From assembly GCA_963675755.2 (NCBI GenBank), contig CAXXMD010000001.1:1-64000 (forward strand): DNA of 64,000 nt. The letters run 5' to 3'. The notes beneath the pieces were generated by a model. The model had not been told where the DNA came from and did not search any database. It was given only the letters and a program-made list of their open reading frames with translations. The translations under genes and the position numbers were made by a program. Source of the DNA: a bacterium. Its GTDB lineage: Bacteria; Zhuqueibacterota; Zhuqueibacteria; Residuimicrobiales; Krinioviventaceae. Below, in pieces: positions 10,037 to 19,648 of this stretch (within the stretch, counting starts at the first letter, position 1; every line of letters begins with the position of its first letter).

Positions 10037-13000
10037 ATGAAAGTCCTTTATTGTTATTTAATACTCACAATTAACCTTTTCGCTTTTGATAATCCTCAAT
10101 CTTTTTTACCTAATCACCCACTTGCCAAGATAAAAGCTCCTGTCAGTTTATTTAACGATTCATTGTATTATTTTAATATGGAATCCTTAAAAAATGTTTC
10201 GGGTGAAAATTGGGGTAATGTAGCAGAAAACACAAATAGTGTTATCCGTATGGAATGGGAGAACCATTATGAATCTTTACATTCTCCAAGTATGGATGAG
10301 ATTTCAGCTATGGCCGTCGATAGTGATGGAAATGTCTATGTTACGGGTAGAAGCTTTCATTCTGGTGGCTCTTTGGATATAACAACGATTAAATACAATT
10401 CCGCTGGCCAGGAGATGTGGAAGGTTTTTTATGATAATCGCAGTGGAAGTTGGGACCGACCATATGATATAGCAGTGGATGCCTATGGTAATGTCTATAT
10501 AGTGGGACAAACCCGAACTGAATATGGATTTTACCAGGGGGTGATCATTAAATATGATTCGCAAGGAGAGTATCAGTGGCAGAGAAGAAAACGTTACGAG
10601 TATGGTAATGATTACAGGAATGCGATTTATGCCATCGATATTGATAATAATAATGATATTTATATTACAGGATCTATTATTACTGATGAAGGTTATGATA
10701 TATTAATAAGCAAGGTTAATCCCTTGGGGCAAGAATTATGGCGAAATGTAATAGATAGATCTGAGTTTGATTATGGTGCAAAAATTCAGGTTGCAGCGTC
10801 TGGAAATGTTTATGTCGCTGCCCAGACAGAAAGTTCTTCCTGGGAAAGTGAAATCATGATATTGAAAATCGGAGTTGATGGTGGATTGATTTGGAAGAAA
10901 GTTTACAGTTCCAGGAGCAGTGATGCCGATGAGATTTTTGATTTCCAGCTGGATGAAAAAGAAAATATCTATTTTTGTGGTACAACTAGCAGATTGGGGG
11001 GATATTTCGATACTATTCTTGCTAAATATGACCGCGATGGAAATATGTTATGGAACCAGTATTATAATGGAACAGCAGATAGCAATGATTATGCTAATGC
11101 TCTAACAATTGATAGCTCTGGTAATGTTTATATTGCATGTAATGTAATGAACCAAAATACGGATTCTGATTTTGCATTAATTAAATACACAGAATTCGGA
11201 AATTTTGAATGGATAGAAATCTTGAACGGAATTACGAATAGTACCGATATTGCGCATGATTTATATATTGATTTAAATAATAATATTTTAGTATTAGGTC
11301 AATTAAAGAATTCAGAGTCTAGTGATGATTGTATTCTGGCAAGCTTTACAACTCTGGGAGCAAGGAATTGGATTCATACTGTAAAAAAATTAGATAATGC
11401 AGACAAAAGTCATATGTTTTTAGTACCTGCTGGTGATAGAAATAGTGTAATTTGTGGAAAGTACAAAGCTCTGGATCATGATTTTGATATGTTGGTTATG
11501 TATTTGTCTGAAACGGGACAAGTCAAATGGGAGCAAACTTTGAATGGTGATTCTTATTCTGATAATGTACCTGCTGATATGTCACTTTGTCCTGATGGAG
11601 GTGTTGTTGTAACCGGTAGTGTAATGGGAGAACAATTGAGTAGGGATATTGCAACAATTAAATATAATTCAGATGGAAGTGAGGCATGGAAATATATATA
11701 TAATGGGCCAGATAATTTGCAGGACTCTCCATCTGATCTTGTTACTGATAAACTTGGAAACAGCTATGTAACCGGTTATAAAACCGGCCAAACCACTGGA
11801 AAAGATTTTATAACTTTAAAATTTAATCAGGACGGACTTTTACAATGGGAGAACGCTTTTGGTCAAAAGGAAAACAGAGATAATGCGGCTTCATGTATCG
11901 CTATTGATAGTACAGAGAATATCATTGTTACTGGTTATGTTAGTACTGAAGGTGATACTAGCAGAATTTACACAATTAAATATGATCCGGATGGAAATCG
12001 AGTATGGCAAAAAAGGTTTTTATACATTGAACCCTTGATAATAATGAGGCCTAATAATTTGTTAATTGACAAAGATAATAATATTTATATTGTTGCATAT
12101 GCCGGAGAGTATTCTTATCCAAATTCTGCATTCATATTAAAATACGATCCCGATGGTAATGTGCTTTGGTATAAACGGATTAAATATCCCGGTTCATATG
12201 AGACCTGGTTGTTCGGAATGACCCAGGATGATTCCTTGAATATTTATTTAACAGGATTTGTTCATCTTGCTGATGGAACCAATACAAACATTATTACATT
12301 AAAGCTGGATCCGGAAGGAAACGAGATATGGTCTCGGTTTTATAACGGACCTGATAACCACCATGATCAGGGGAGAAGAGTTTTATATGATGGAAAAGAA
12401 AATATTTATGTTACAGGATATACGGTAGAGAATCAAAATTCAAATACTATTATTATTAAATATAATACTGATGGCAAACAATTATGGAAAGCCGAATATA
12501 ATGGATCATTGGGTTCAACTGAATTTGCCAATGATTCCGCATTTGATTCAAAAGGTAATTTTTATGTTTTAGCATATTCATACAACTATTCGGCAGATTT
12601 TGTAGTTGTTAAATATGATGAAATGGGTAATGATCAGTGGGCCGTTCGTTATAACAGTGCCGCAGGATTTGGGGATATGCCATATAAAATTGTTTTTGAT
12701 GAACTGGATAATTTTTATCTGTTTGGTTCAAGCTATACCGGAAATGGCAGTGTTTTTACTACACTCAAATATTCACAAATTCCAACTGCGATAAAGGAAC
12801 CAAATACTGGTTTTGCTGATGAATTCAAGTTGTTTCAGAATTATCCAAATCCCTATAATAACATCACAACCATAGGGTATACAATTCAGGAAAAATGTGA
12901 TGTGTCTTTAAAAATATATAATATTAAAGGTCAGCAGGTCGCGGAACTGGTTTCCGGGGAAATACAGCCGGGTACCTATCAGGTGAATTGGAATAGTAAA

Positions 13001-13081
13001 GGGCAAAGCAGTGGTATGTACTTTTATCGTCTTCAGGCGGGTGAATTCAAAGATATACGAAAACTGGTGCTGATAAAATAA
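10037..13081 (+). CDS. SBBP beta-propeller repeat protein with T9SS/FlgD-like C-terminal sorting domain
   Basis: Many D..GN.YVTG / KYD..G...W repeats; C-terminal LFQNYPNPYN...SGMYFYRL. Confidence 0.88.
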   Translation: MKVLYCYLILTINLFAFDNPQSFLPNHPLAKIKAPVSLFNDSLYYFNMESLKNVSGENWGNVAENTNSVIRMEWENHYESLHSPSMDEISAMAVDSDGNVYVTGRSFHSGGSLDITTIKYNSAGQEMWKVFYDNRSGSWDRPYDIAVDAYGNVYIVGQTRTEYGFYQGVIIKYDSQGEYQWQRRKRYEYGNDYRNAIYAIDIDNNNDIYITGSIITDEGYDILISKVNPLGQELWRNVIDRSEFDYGAKIQVAASGNVYVAAQTESSSWESEIMILKIGVDGGLIWKKVYSSRSSDADEIFDFQLDEKENIYFCGTTSRLGGYFDTILAKYDRDGNMLWNQYYNGTADSNDYANALTIDSSGNVYIACNVMNQNTDSDFALIKYTEFGNFEWIEILNGITNSTDIAHDLYIDLNNNILVLGQLKNSESSDDCILASFTTLGARNWIHTVKKLDNADKSHMFLVPAGDRNSVICGKYKALDHDFDMLVMYLSETGQVKWEQTLNGDSYSDNVPADMSLCPDGGVVVTGSVMGEQLSRDIATIKYNSDGSEAWKYIYNGPDNLQDSPSDLVTDKLGNSYVTGYKTGQTTGKDFITLKFNQDGLLQWENAFGQKENRDNAASCIAIDSTENIIVTGYVSTEGDTSRIYTIKYDPDGNRVWQKRFLYIEPLIIMRPNNLLIDKDNNIYIVAYAGEYSYPNSAFILKYDPDGNVLWYKRIKYPGSYETWLFGMTQDDSLNIYLTGFVHLADGTNTNIITLKLDPEGNEIWSRFYNGPDNHHDQGRRVLYDGKENIYVTGYTVENQNSNTIIIKYNTDGKQLWKAEYNGSLGSTEFANDSAFDSKGNFYVLAYSYNYSADFVVVKYDEMGNDQWAVRYNSAAGFGDMPYKIVFDELDNFYLFGSSYTGNGSVFTTLKYSQIPTAIKEPNTGFADEFKLFQNYPNPYNNITTIGYTIQEKCDVSLKIYNIKGQQVAELVSGEIQPGTYQVNWNSKGQSSGMYFYRLQAGEFKDIRKLVLIK

Positions 13082-13131
13082 AAATTAAGCCACTTTCGGG
13101 ACGCTCGTGTTTCCCGAAAGTGGTTTAATTT
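13082..13131. terminator. Bidirectional terminator hairpin between convergent genes
   Basis: AAGCCACTTTCGGGA / TCCCGAAAGTGGTTT inverted repeat. Confidence 0.8.
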
Positions 13132-13133
13132 GG

Positions 13134-14042
13134 TTATGATTCCACCGATTCTATAAACTTTTCTATCTCTTCTTTATAGGTTTCTCTGCGTTCCAGAAAT
13201 CCATAATGAACGCACTCGTTGAGAAAAACGATTCTCGAGTTTTTGTACACCTTTTGTGCTTCATAGGCGGTGCCGTCTCCCAACAAGTCCTGTCTGCCCT
13301 GAATGATCAATACCGGTTTGTCAAAGTTTTTCAGTTTTTCCCTGCAATTGTATTGGATCTTGTACATGTCCTTGTATACCAGGTTAGTGATCTCTTTATT
13401 GCCTTCGGTGAGACGCTTGACAATCATGGGAACATATTCTTTATGATACACATACGCCGGGGCCAGGTTCTTTGCCCATTCGATCTGTGCGGTATAGGTT
13501 GTATCGCCCTGTTTGATTCGATCGTTCCAGTATTTGAGTGAATCTATTTGTCCCTGACTCAGACGAATATTTTTATTGGCATTGAAATATTTCAAAATAC
13601 CCATATCAATTCCACCAGAACTGGAGAGTACCAGGCCCTTTATGTTTTCTGGATAAAGCGTGGCATAATGCTGCGAGAGCCAGCCGCCAAAAGAATGACC
13701 CAGAATTATCCAATTATCGATCTTTAGATGTTTGCGCAAGGTCTCCATATCCTGTGCCATAAGATCGAGTGTGACCGTTGTACTGTCGGTTTTATCGAGT
13801 GTTGACCCACCGGTACCGCGTTGATCAAACAGAATGGTTTGGTAATGGTCAGCAAACAATTCTGCAACTGATTCAAATCCTTTGCAGTTCATTCCGGGAC
13901 CACCATTAACAATCAATAGCGGTTCACCACTGCCATAGGTGATATAATGGAGTGTTCCTTGTTGGGTTTTAATGTAACCATCTTTTCCGGCAAAAGTGAT
14001 TGAAACCAGTACCAGTACGAATAGTATTTGTGTTTTCATCAT
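13134..14042 (-). CDS. Secreted alpha/beta hydrolase (proline iminopeptidase-like, S33)
   Basis: Signal peptide; NGGPG, DQRGTG, GHSFGG nucleophile elbow. Confidence 0.85.
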   Translation of the reverse strand: MMKTQILFVLVLVSITFAGKDGYIKTQQGTLHYITYGSGEPLLIVNGGPGMNCKGFESVAELFADHYQTILFDQRGTGGSTLDKTDSTTVTLDLMAQDMETLRKHLKIDNWIILGHSFGGWLSQHYATLYPENIKGLVLSSSGGIDMGILKYFNANKNIRLSQGQIDSLKYWNDRIKQGDTTYTAQIEWAKNLAPAYVYHKEYVPMIVKRLTEGNKEITNLVYKDMYKIQYNCREKLKNFDKPVLIIQGRQDLLGDGTAYEAQKVYKNSRIVFLNECVHYGFLERRETYKEEIEKFIESVES

Positions 14043-14061
14043 CTTTTCTTTTCCTATAGTA

Positions 14062-14553
14062 TTATGAATGGGTTTCTTTAATCATTATAAAATCGTTTTC
14101 ATTTTCAGATACAATGCTAAATCCGTTTCGTTCATAAAAAGAAACCGCGCGATTGCGCTTGTCTACGCTCAGAGAGACATTGCCAATACTTAGATCTGCA
14201 TAATGTTTTAACAAGGATTTCAAGAGTTGGGTGCCTATACCTTTATTGCGGTATTCGGGCAGTATAGCCATGGCGATTTCGGGTGTTTGGGGATTAATGT
14301 ACCCATATCCCGTATCGGGCGGTTGAAATATCCGTCCCCAGATTAAACCGATGCGGATTTTGTTGTGCTCTGCAACAATGGCGGCATCGTGTTCTCTGCC
14401 CCAATTTTGTATATATCTTGAGATTTCCGGATACGTTAACACTGAACGATGGACAGGAGGTTGGTCGTCCGGAACGAATATGGCCAGGTACATCATGTCC
14501 GCAAGAAACTCGTAATCCAGATTTGTTGTCGGATAGTATCGAATGTTATCCAA
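14062..14553 (-). CDS. GNAT family N-acetyltransferase
   Basis: PEYRNKGIGT acetyl-CoA motif, NRAVSFYERNGF. Confidence 0.9.
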   Translation of the reverse strand: MDNIRYYPTTNLDYEFLADMMYLAIFVPDDQPPVHRSVLTYPEISRYIQNWGREHDAAIVAEHNKIRIGLIWGRIFQPPDTGYGYINPQTPEIAMAILPEYRNKGIGTQLLKSLLKHYADLSIGNVSLSVDKRNRAVSFYERNGFSIVSENENDFIMIKETHS

Positions 14554-14570
14554 AGTACTTCCTTTTCGTT

Positions 14571-15005
14571 TTATGCCCGGGTCAGCTCTACCGCCCAGGA
14601 TGATATTTTTTGATCACCCTGCATCAGTGTTCCACGGATGAGGTATTTATACTCTTTTAATTGTGTCATGAATTCGATACCGGAGAATTTATTATCTTTG
14701 GTTGAATGGATAGACAAGATAGAGTCCTGAACGATTATGAAATTACCAATCAATTCCCCCAATGCCGGATTGACGGATTTCCACGTTGTATGATCTTTAT
14801 CCTTTGGTATGGGTACAATCTCGTAGCTGTTTTGGAATTCTACAGGTTCTTCGTATAATACACGCATATAACCGTTGATTGTCCATTTGTCTGTCAAATG
14901 CTCAACAACAGTTTTGCTGGTCAGGGGGGTGCTGATACCGTTTTGACCGATAAAAGTACCTTTTGCCTGCCATTCACCCGGTTGTAGTAAAAAGGTATGT
15001 TTCAT
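14571..15005 (-). CDS. Conserved hypothetical protein (lipocalin-like beta-barrel)
   Basis: N-terminal FLLQPGEWQAKG, beta-strand-rich, GGGG RBS. Confidence 0.6.
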   Translation of the reverse strand: MKHTFLLQPGEWQAKGTFIGQNGISTPLTSKTVVEHLTDKWTINGYMRVLYEEPVEFQNSYEIVPIPKDKDHTTWKSVNPALGELIGNFIIVQDSILSIHSTKDNKFSGIEFMTQLKEYKYLIRGTLMQGDQKISSWAVELTRA

Positions 15006-15199
15006 GTTTTGCCCCACGTCATTTGGATTATGTATAGCCAAATTTAAGTGCGATGGTTCACTAGTTTGAATACAGTCTTACCGGTAATATGTTTTTTGCT
15101 TTGGTGCGTATTATTGGATGGTGTTATAATTGTTGATTTATACGTTGATGGGGTGTTTTTGTTCCAACGTAGGGCTCTTGAACAAATCAAAGGACTCGG

Positions 15200-15961
15200 C
15201 TAATAAGACCATTCCCATTTCCAGTTTTTGAAATTTACTGAAAATGAGGGATTTGTTTCCAATTGCGATGCTGTGGCATTGATGGCACTAAACTCGAGTC
15301 TTGCCGTTACTCCGCTGGGCTGGTCCTCTGGTACCATGGTTGAAAACGCATTTGTAAATGTTTGATCATCAAAATGCAAAATCCCGATGCCATCAATACG
15401 GTCCATTTCGATTTCTACATTATGATCAGTTGTATCCGGTGTTATAGAAGCCCTGAACTGCCAGTTGTTGCCAGTCCATGTGTAGAGCTGACCGTAATTG
15501 ATACTCCACGGATCAACTACCCATCTGAATGCAACCGCATATTCGGTTTTAGAACTGCTGCCGTCCCAGATAAACAAACCCGCCTGAATGGCTTGACCAT
15601 TCTTTTCAGAATTGCTGCTTGAGGGTGTATCATTCAGACTGAATACAAATGCGGCATTGTGTGTGATATTCATGGCTTTGACATCTGTTTTAGCATAATA
15701 ATTCAGGTTGTGGGCCTTGATGTTGCGATTGTTAATATTAACCTGAACAATTGAACGGTCATTGAGATGCCGGGTATAAATATCTGAATATCTTACCGGT
15801 CCTGTATTGTAATCTCCCACGAGTGAATCTCCCAGGGTGGTTTGCCAGTATTGCATGTTTCTTCCGCTGATCCTGAAATACATGGAATCCGGTTCTGTGC
15901 TGTTTTTTTCGCAAGCTGGTATAAAAGCGATAAATATCAATAATAATATAGTCTTTTTCAT
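15200..15961 (-). CDS. Hypothetical lipoprotein (beta-sandwich/ConA-like)
   Basis: Lipobox-like IPAC; Trp-rich beta-strand pattern. Confidence 0.65.
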   Translation of the reverse strand: MKKTILLLIFIAFIPACEKNSTEPDSMYFRISGRNMQYWQTTLGDSLVGDYNTGPVRYSDIYTRHLNDRSIVQVNINNRNIKAHNLNYYAKTDVKAMNITHNAAFVFSLNDTPSSSNSEKNGQAIQAGLFIWDGSSSKTEYAVAFRWVVDPWSINYGQLYTWTGNNWQFRASITPDTTDHNVEIEMDRIDGIGILHFDDQTFTNAFSTMVPEDQPSGVTARLEFSAINATASQLETNPSFSVNFKNWKWEWSY

Positions 15962-16026
15962 GGTCTTTTCTGATTTAATTTAAATATGTGAAAAGGTATG
16001 CAATTCTTTTGCCAGAGATGGAAGAA

Positions 16027-16052
16027 TGCCGGAATATCATCATATTCCGGCA
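16027..16052 (-). terminator. Terminator hairpin after the dehydrogenase-cytochrome gene
   Basis: TGCCGGAATAT-N4-ATATTCCGGCA followed by UUCUU on the minus strand. Confidence 0.7.
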
Positions 16053-16058
16053 ATTGAT

Positions 16059-18809
16059 TTATTTAACGAGGGTTGTTTTGTATCTTTTAATTGTATTGTC
16101 TGCTCTGAATTCAATGATGTAAATACCAGACGCAACCGGGAGGTTGTGCGAGTCGGTTCCATGCCAGTTGACCTGATAATATCCGGCAGGGTGTTCACGG
16201 TCAACCAGTGATGCTATTTTTTTACCCAGCAGATTGTACACACTGATATTGACATTTGCCTGACTTGCCAGTTGATATCTGATCAATGTTGACGCATTAA
16301 AGGGATTGGGGTAATTTTTATGCATATAGTGCTTGTCCGGTCCTGTGGTTTGAACATGGATCAAAGACGTGTATTTGAATGATCCGTCATGATCAATGAT
16401 TTTTAAACGATATGCATGCTCACCTGGGCCCGGATTGTCTTCTGTGAATGAATAGGTTTGACGTTCCGGTTGAGAGTCAAGTGGAACGAATCCCAAAATC
16501 TGGAACGAATTTTTGACTTTTTTCTCAATCTCAAATCCATATCCATGCAAAGAATGCTGAACCGACCATTCTAGTGTAATAGCATTATTTTCAAAATTGC
16601 CTGAAAACGACAACAGTTGCACCGGTACGGGATAAGAGTCAAGCTCGTTTATCCAGTCAGCAATTACCTGTGTGGCCTGCTCGTCTACAAGACTGGTGGC
16701 AATGGGAGGCATGCGGTTTTCATCCAGCGCCATCATGCGCAAATAAAGAATGGATTCTTCGGGGCTGCCGGGTTTAACTCTGGCAGCATTGGCGGCACCC
16801 AAATCACCAAAGTCTGGTATTTCATCAACAATCATCATTTCTTCGAGGCTGGTTGCAAAACGCAGGTCCATGTTTGAGCGTCCGCTGCTGTTGGGTTGAT
16901 GACAGAATGCGCAATTGGCATCGAGATATGAGCGGGCACGGTCAGATACATCTTGTGTTTCATCATTTATATCAACCAGTTGGGGCCAGTTTGTATAATC
17001 CTCCCCAATATCTTTTGTGAAAAGATTGATGTGATTGAGAGTGCGGAGCTGGTTATCCGTTACCTCACCATAATCGTGGTTTTTGTTAAGCTGACTGGTT
17101 TTGAATCCCAATACATAGCCGGATTCCGGCACATGGCAGGTCAGGCATTCGTTGCGGGAAGGATAGTGGTAAACCTGATCGTATTGCCCTCCGGGTGCAT
17201 CGCTGTCGGTAATGGTAAATGTAACATCCTTGGCATCTGTCAACAAGTTTGCTTCTGTCCCTGCCTGGTTCCATTCGTAGCTGAATCCATCCCACAACTC
17301 ACCATAGGGACGTTTAACCAGGAACCGGGTTTCTATCAATCGACGGCTTGTTGAATTGCCTTTTTCCATTTCCAAACTAAAGTTTTTCACCAAAACCGTA
17401 CCAGCCGGATATTCAAAGGGATTTTCTTGAGAGAATAAGAGTTGCTCGGAACCGGGGAGAGCAATATACCGGTCCTTGTCTGCATTATCTGACCAGAGAC
17501 GGGAATTTACAGAATAAGGAATAACTCCAGGAGAAACGGTACGGGTGTTCATGTCCGAATAAAATCCTGAAGAGGATATAGTTGATGGAACATCCCCGGG
17601 TGGGGGAGAATCCTGGCGGGCGATGATTTTATAAATATTGCCATTATAGCCTACTATATACAATTCCCCGGATTCGTCTTCTCCAAAACTGGTAATATGA
17701 GCGGGACTGGTTAATACCTGGTTTGAGGACAGTACATCTCGCCCTTCGTAATCATATTTCAGGGTCCATATTCTGCGGGATACATAATCGCCAAAGATGT
17801 AAAATCCATCCAGTTGGGGGAGAGATGTTCCGCGATATACATACCCACCGGTGACAGATTCGCCCAGTGTGTGACTGTATTCAAAAACCGGTGTATTGAA
17901 CTCCCATGGGTTGCAACCGGACTGGTAGCAGTGCAGGCCTTCTGTGATATTCCAACCAAGATTGCTGCCCTTGCCCACGATATCAATTTCTTCCCATTTA
18001 TCCTGACCTACATCACCACACCAGAGCTTACCATTAGCCCTGTCAAAGCTGAAACGCCAGGGATTCCGTAATCCCCAGGCATAGATCTCTTTTCGGAAGG
18101 AGTTATCACCCACCAGTGGATTGTCCGGTGGAATAGCGTATTCCAATCCGTCATCTTTATTGTCAACATCAATGCGCAGTATGCTTCCCAGCAGGGTGTA
18201 GCGGTTTTGCCCGTTGCCCCAGGGATCACCCGCACTGCCGCCATCACCAAGGCCGATATAGAGATACCCATCCTGGCCAAATTCGATCATTCCGCCATTG
18301 TGATTTGAGGCAGGCTGTTCTAATGCAAGCAAAATGCGCTCAGAGTTGGGATCAGCAATATTGGGGTCAGAAGAAACCTGGAACTCTGAAATTCTTGTGC
18401 TTCGTATTGTTGGATTGTAATGCACATAAAACAGACCGTTTTGCTCAAAATCGGGATGAAATGCCAAACCCAGCAGACCGGTTTCGCTGCTGCTGGATGC
18501 TACCTTGTCCCTAAGATCAATGAACTTTTCAAAATCAGAGGTGAGGGAGGCGTTATTGAAAACTTTGATAACGCCGGGTTTTTCAACAACAAATATACGG
18601 TCTGTTCCATCATGCGCATGCGTGAGATAGATGGGTGACGCAAAATTGAGATTGGTAAACACCTGTTCAAGGTCAAGATTGCCTACCTCGTCACCGGTGG
18701 ATGTGATGAGCAGAGACGTGTTGGGAGTACGCTCATTGATACCGTAAGGTTGTGAAAACGTAACAGTGACTGTTAACAATATATAAAGTATACTTTTTGT
18801 GATATACAT
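16059..18809 (-). CDS. Secreted PQQ-dependent sugar dehydrogenase (GSDH) fused to a diheme c-type cytochrome (SO2930-like) and T9SS/FlgD-like CTD
   Basis: GLLGLAFHP, NHNGG, GLRNPWRFSFD, DVGQ (GSDH); CLTCH, CAFCH and RMPP; C-terminal NYPNPFN. Confidence 0.88.
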   Translation of the reverse strand: MYITKSILYILLTVTVTFSQPYGINERTPNTSLLITSTGDEVGNLDLEQVFTNLNFASPIYLTHAHDGTDRIFVVEKPGVIKVFNNASLTSDFEKFIDLRDKVASSSSETGLLGLAFHPDFEQNGLFYVHYNPTIRSTRISEFQVSSDPNIADPNSERILLALEQPASNHNGGMIEFGQDGYLYIGLGDGGSAGDPWGNGQNRYTLLGSILRIDVDNKDDGLEYAIPPDNPLVGDNSFRKEIYAWGLRNPWRFSFDRANGKLWCGDVGQDKWEEIDIVGKGSNLGWNITEGLHCYQSGCNPWEFNTPVFEYSHTLGESVTGGYVYRGTSLPQLDGFYIFGDYVSRRIWTLKYDYEGRDVLSSNQVLTSPAHITSFGEDESGELYIVGYNGNIYKIIARQDSPPPGDVPSTISSSGFYSDMNTRTVSPGVIPYSVNSRLWSDNADKDRYIALPGSEQLLFSQENPFEYPAGTVLVKNFSLEMEKGNSTSRRLIETRFLVKRPYGELWDGFSYEWNQAGTEANLLTDAKDVTFTITDSDAPGGQYDQVYHYPSRNECLTCHVPESGYVLGFKTSQLNKNHDYGEVTDNQLRTLNHINLFTKDIGEDYTNWPQLVDINDETQDVSDRARSYLDANCAFCHQPNSSGRSNMDLRFATSLEEMMIVDEIPDFGDLGAANAARVKPGSPEESILYLRMMALDENRMPPIATSLVDEQATQVIADWINELDSYPVPVQLLSFSGNFENNAITLEWSVQHSLHGYGFEIEKKVKNSFQILGFVPLDSQPERQTYSFTEDNPGPGEHAYRLKIIDHDGSFKYTSLIHVQTTGPDKHYMHKNYPNPFNASTLIRYQLASQANVNISVYNLLGKKIASLVDREHPAGYYQVNWHGTDSHNLPVASGIYIIEFRADNTIKRYKTTLVK

Positions 18810-19440
18810 AGATTTACCCCTTTTGTTCTTTTTTCAATGTAAAAGAATCGTTGTAATGAATCAAGAGAATTCATTGTGAATAAATATTAATAGAACAATA
18901 TGCGGTAAATTGTTCCCCAAAGGTAACATTTACCACCTTAAAACTGTGCCAAAAATATGAAAATCTCTAACTAATTTTGAGAGAATAAAATTTTTTTTGA
19001 GACATTTTTTGAGCATGGTGAAGCTAACTTTAATGTCCGGTATTTATATTTCTATAATGAATGTTTTGTGCGCATAATTAGTGATTAATTGCGATTTTTG
19101 TGTTATATGGTGTGTATTTGTGTTATGGTTTTTTACGATATCTTGAAGTTGCAATGGGATTGAATTTTTTGGTCTGATTTGCTATATACGGGCATTTGAG
19201 TTGCGATAGTAAAAGTAGATTTGAAATAAAAATTCCCCATAGCGGGAATGCTCATTGACAACAACAACAACAGTAACCCAATAAAACAGTTGACTGTGAA
19301 TCAATCGCCGGACGGCAAGAGAATTTTTTTTCTCTTTGCATAGTTGTACTTTTGTATAGATATATTTTGTGTGGATTCATTATGTTTCAGGTGATTTGAA
19401 TAATATATGATGTGATTGATGATTTGGTGGTATTCTCTTG

Positions 19441-19648
19441 ACCGTCCAGCGTCGATTCCGGAAGGCTGTTTAGAATCACTCCCCCTCCATACGGCCGCAA
19501 GGCCTGCAATGTGCTACGCGAATTGGATGATTTTGTGAGATATGCCGTGCAACGAGTCAATTGCAGGCCTTGTGGTTGTTCTTGTTTTACAGTACCAAGT
19601 TACCCTTACCCAAAAAAAGCCCCGTTTCATGCCGGGGCTTTTTTTTTA
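19441..19648 (+). ncRNA. Candidate stand-alone structured sRNA (about 205 nt) with C-rich single-stranded motifs
   Basis: GC-rich island in an 840-bp intergenic gap; 20-bp stem 19491-19510/19560-19579 with three G-U pairs; own terminator; possible extended -10 TGGTATTCT at 19428-19436. Confidence 0.55.
19612..19648. terminator. Bidirectional intrinsic terminator
   Basis: A7-GCCCCG-loop-CGGGGC-T9. Confidence 0.88.

Noticed and set aside
10037-13081. CRISPR-like or DNA tandem repeats
   Set aside because: Periodicity is degenerate protein-level SBBP repeats, with no identical DNA repeats or spacers
18875-19376. Possible oriC in the large intergenic gap
   Set aside because: Only one good DnaA-box match (TGTGAATAA 18875-18883) plus weak ones, and no dnaA/dnaN/gidA context
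19441-19648. Retron msr/msd, SRP RNA, tmRNA or RNase P
   Set aside because: No reverse transcriptase in the window, and the hallmark motifs of these RNAs were not seen
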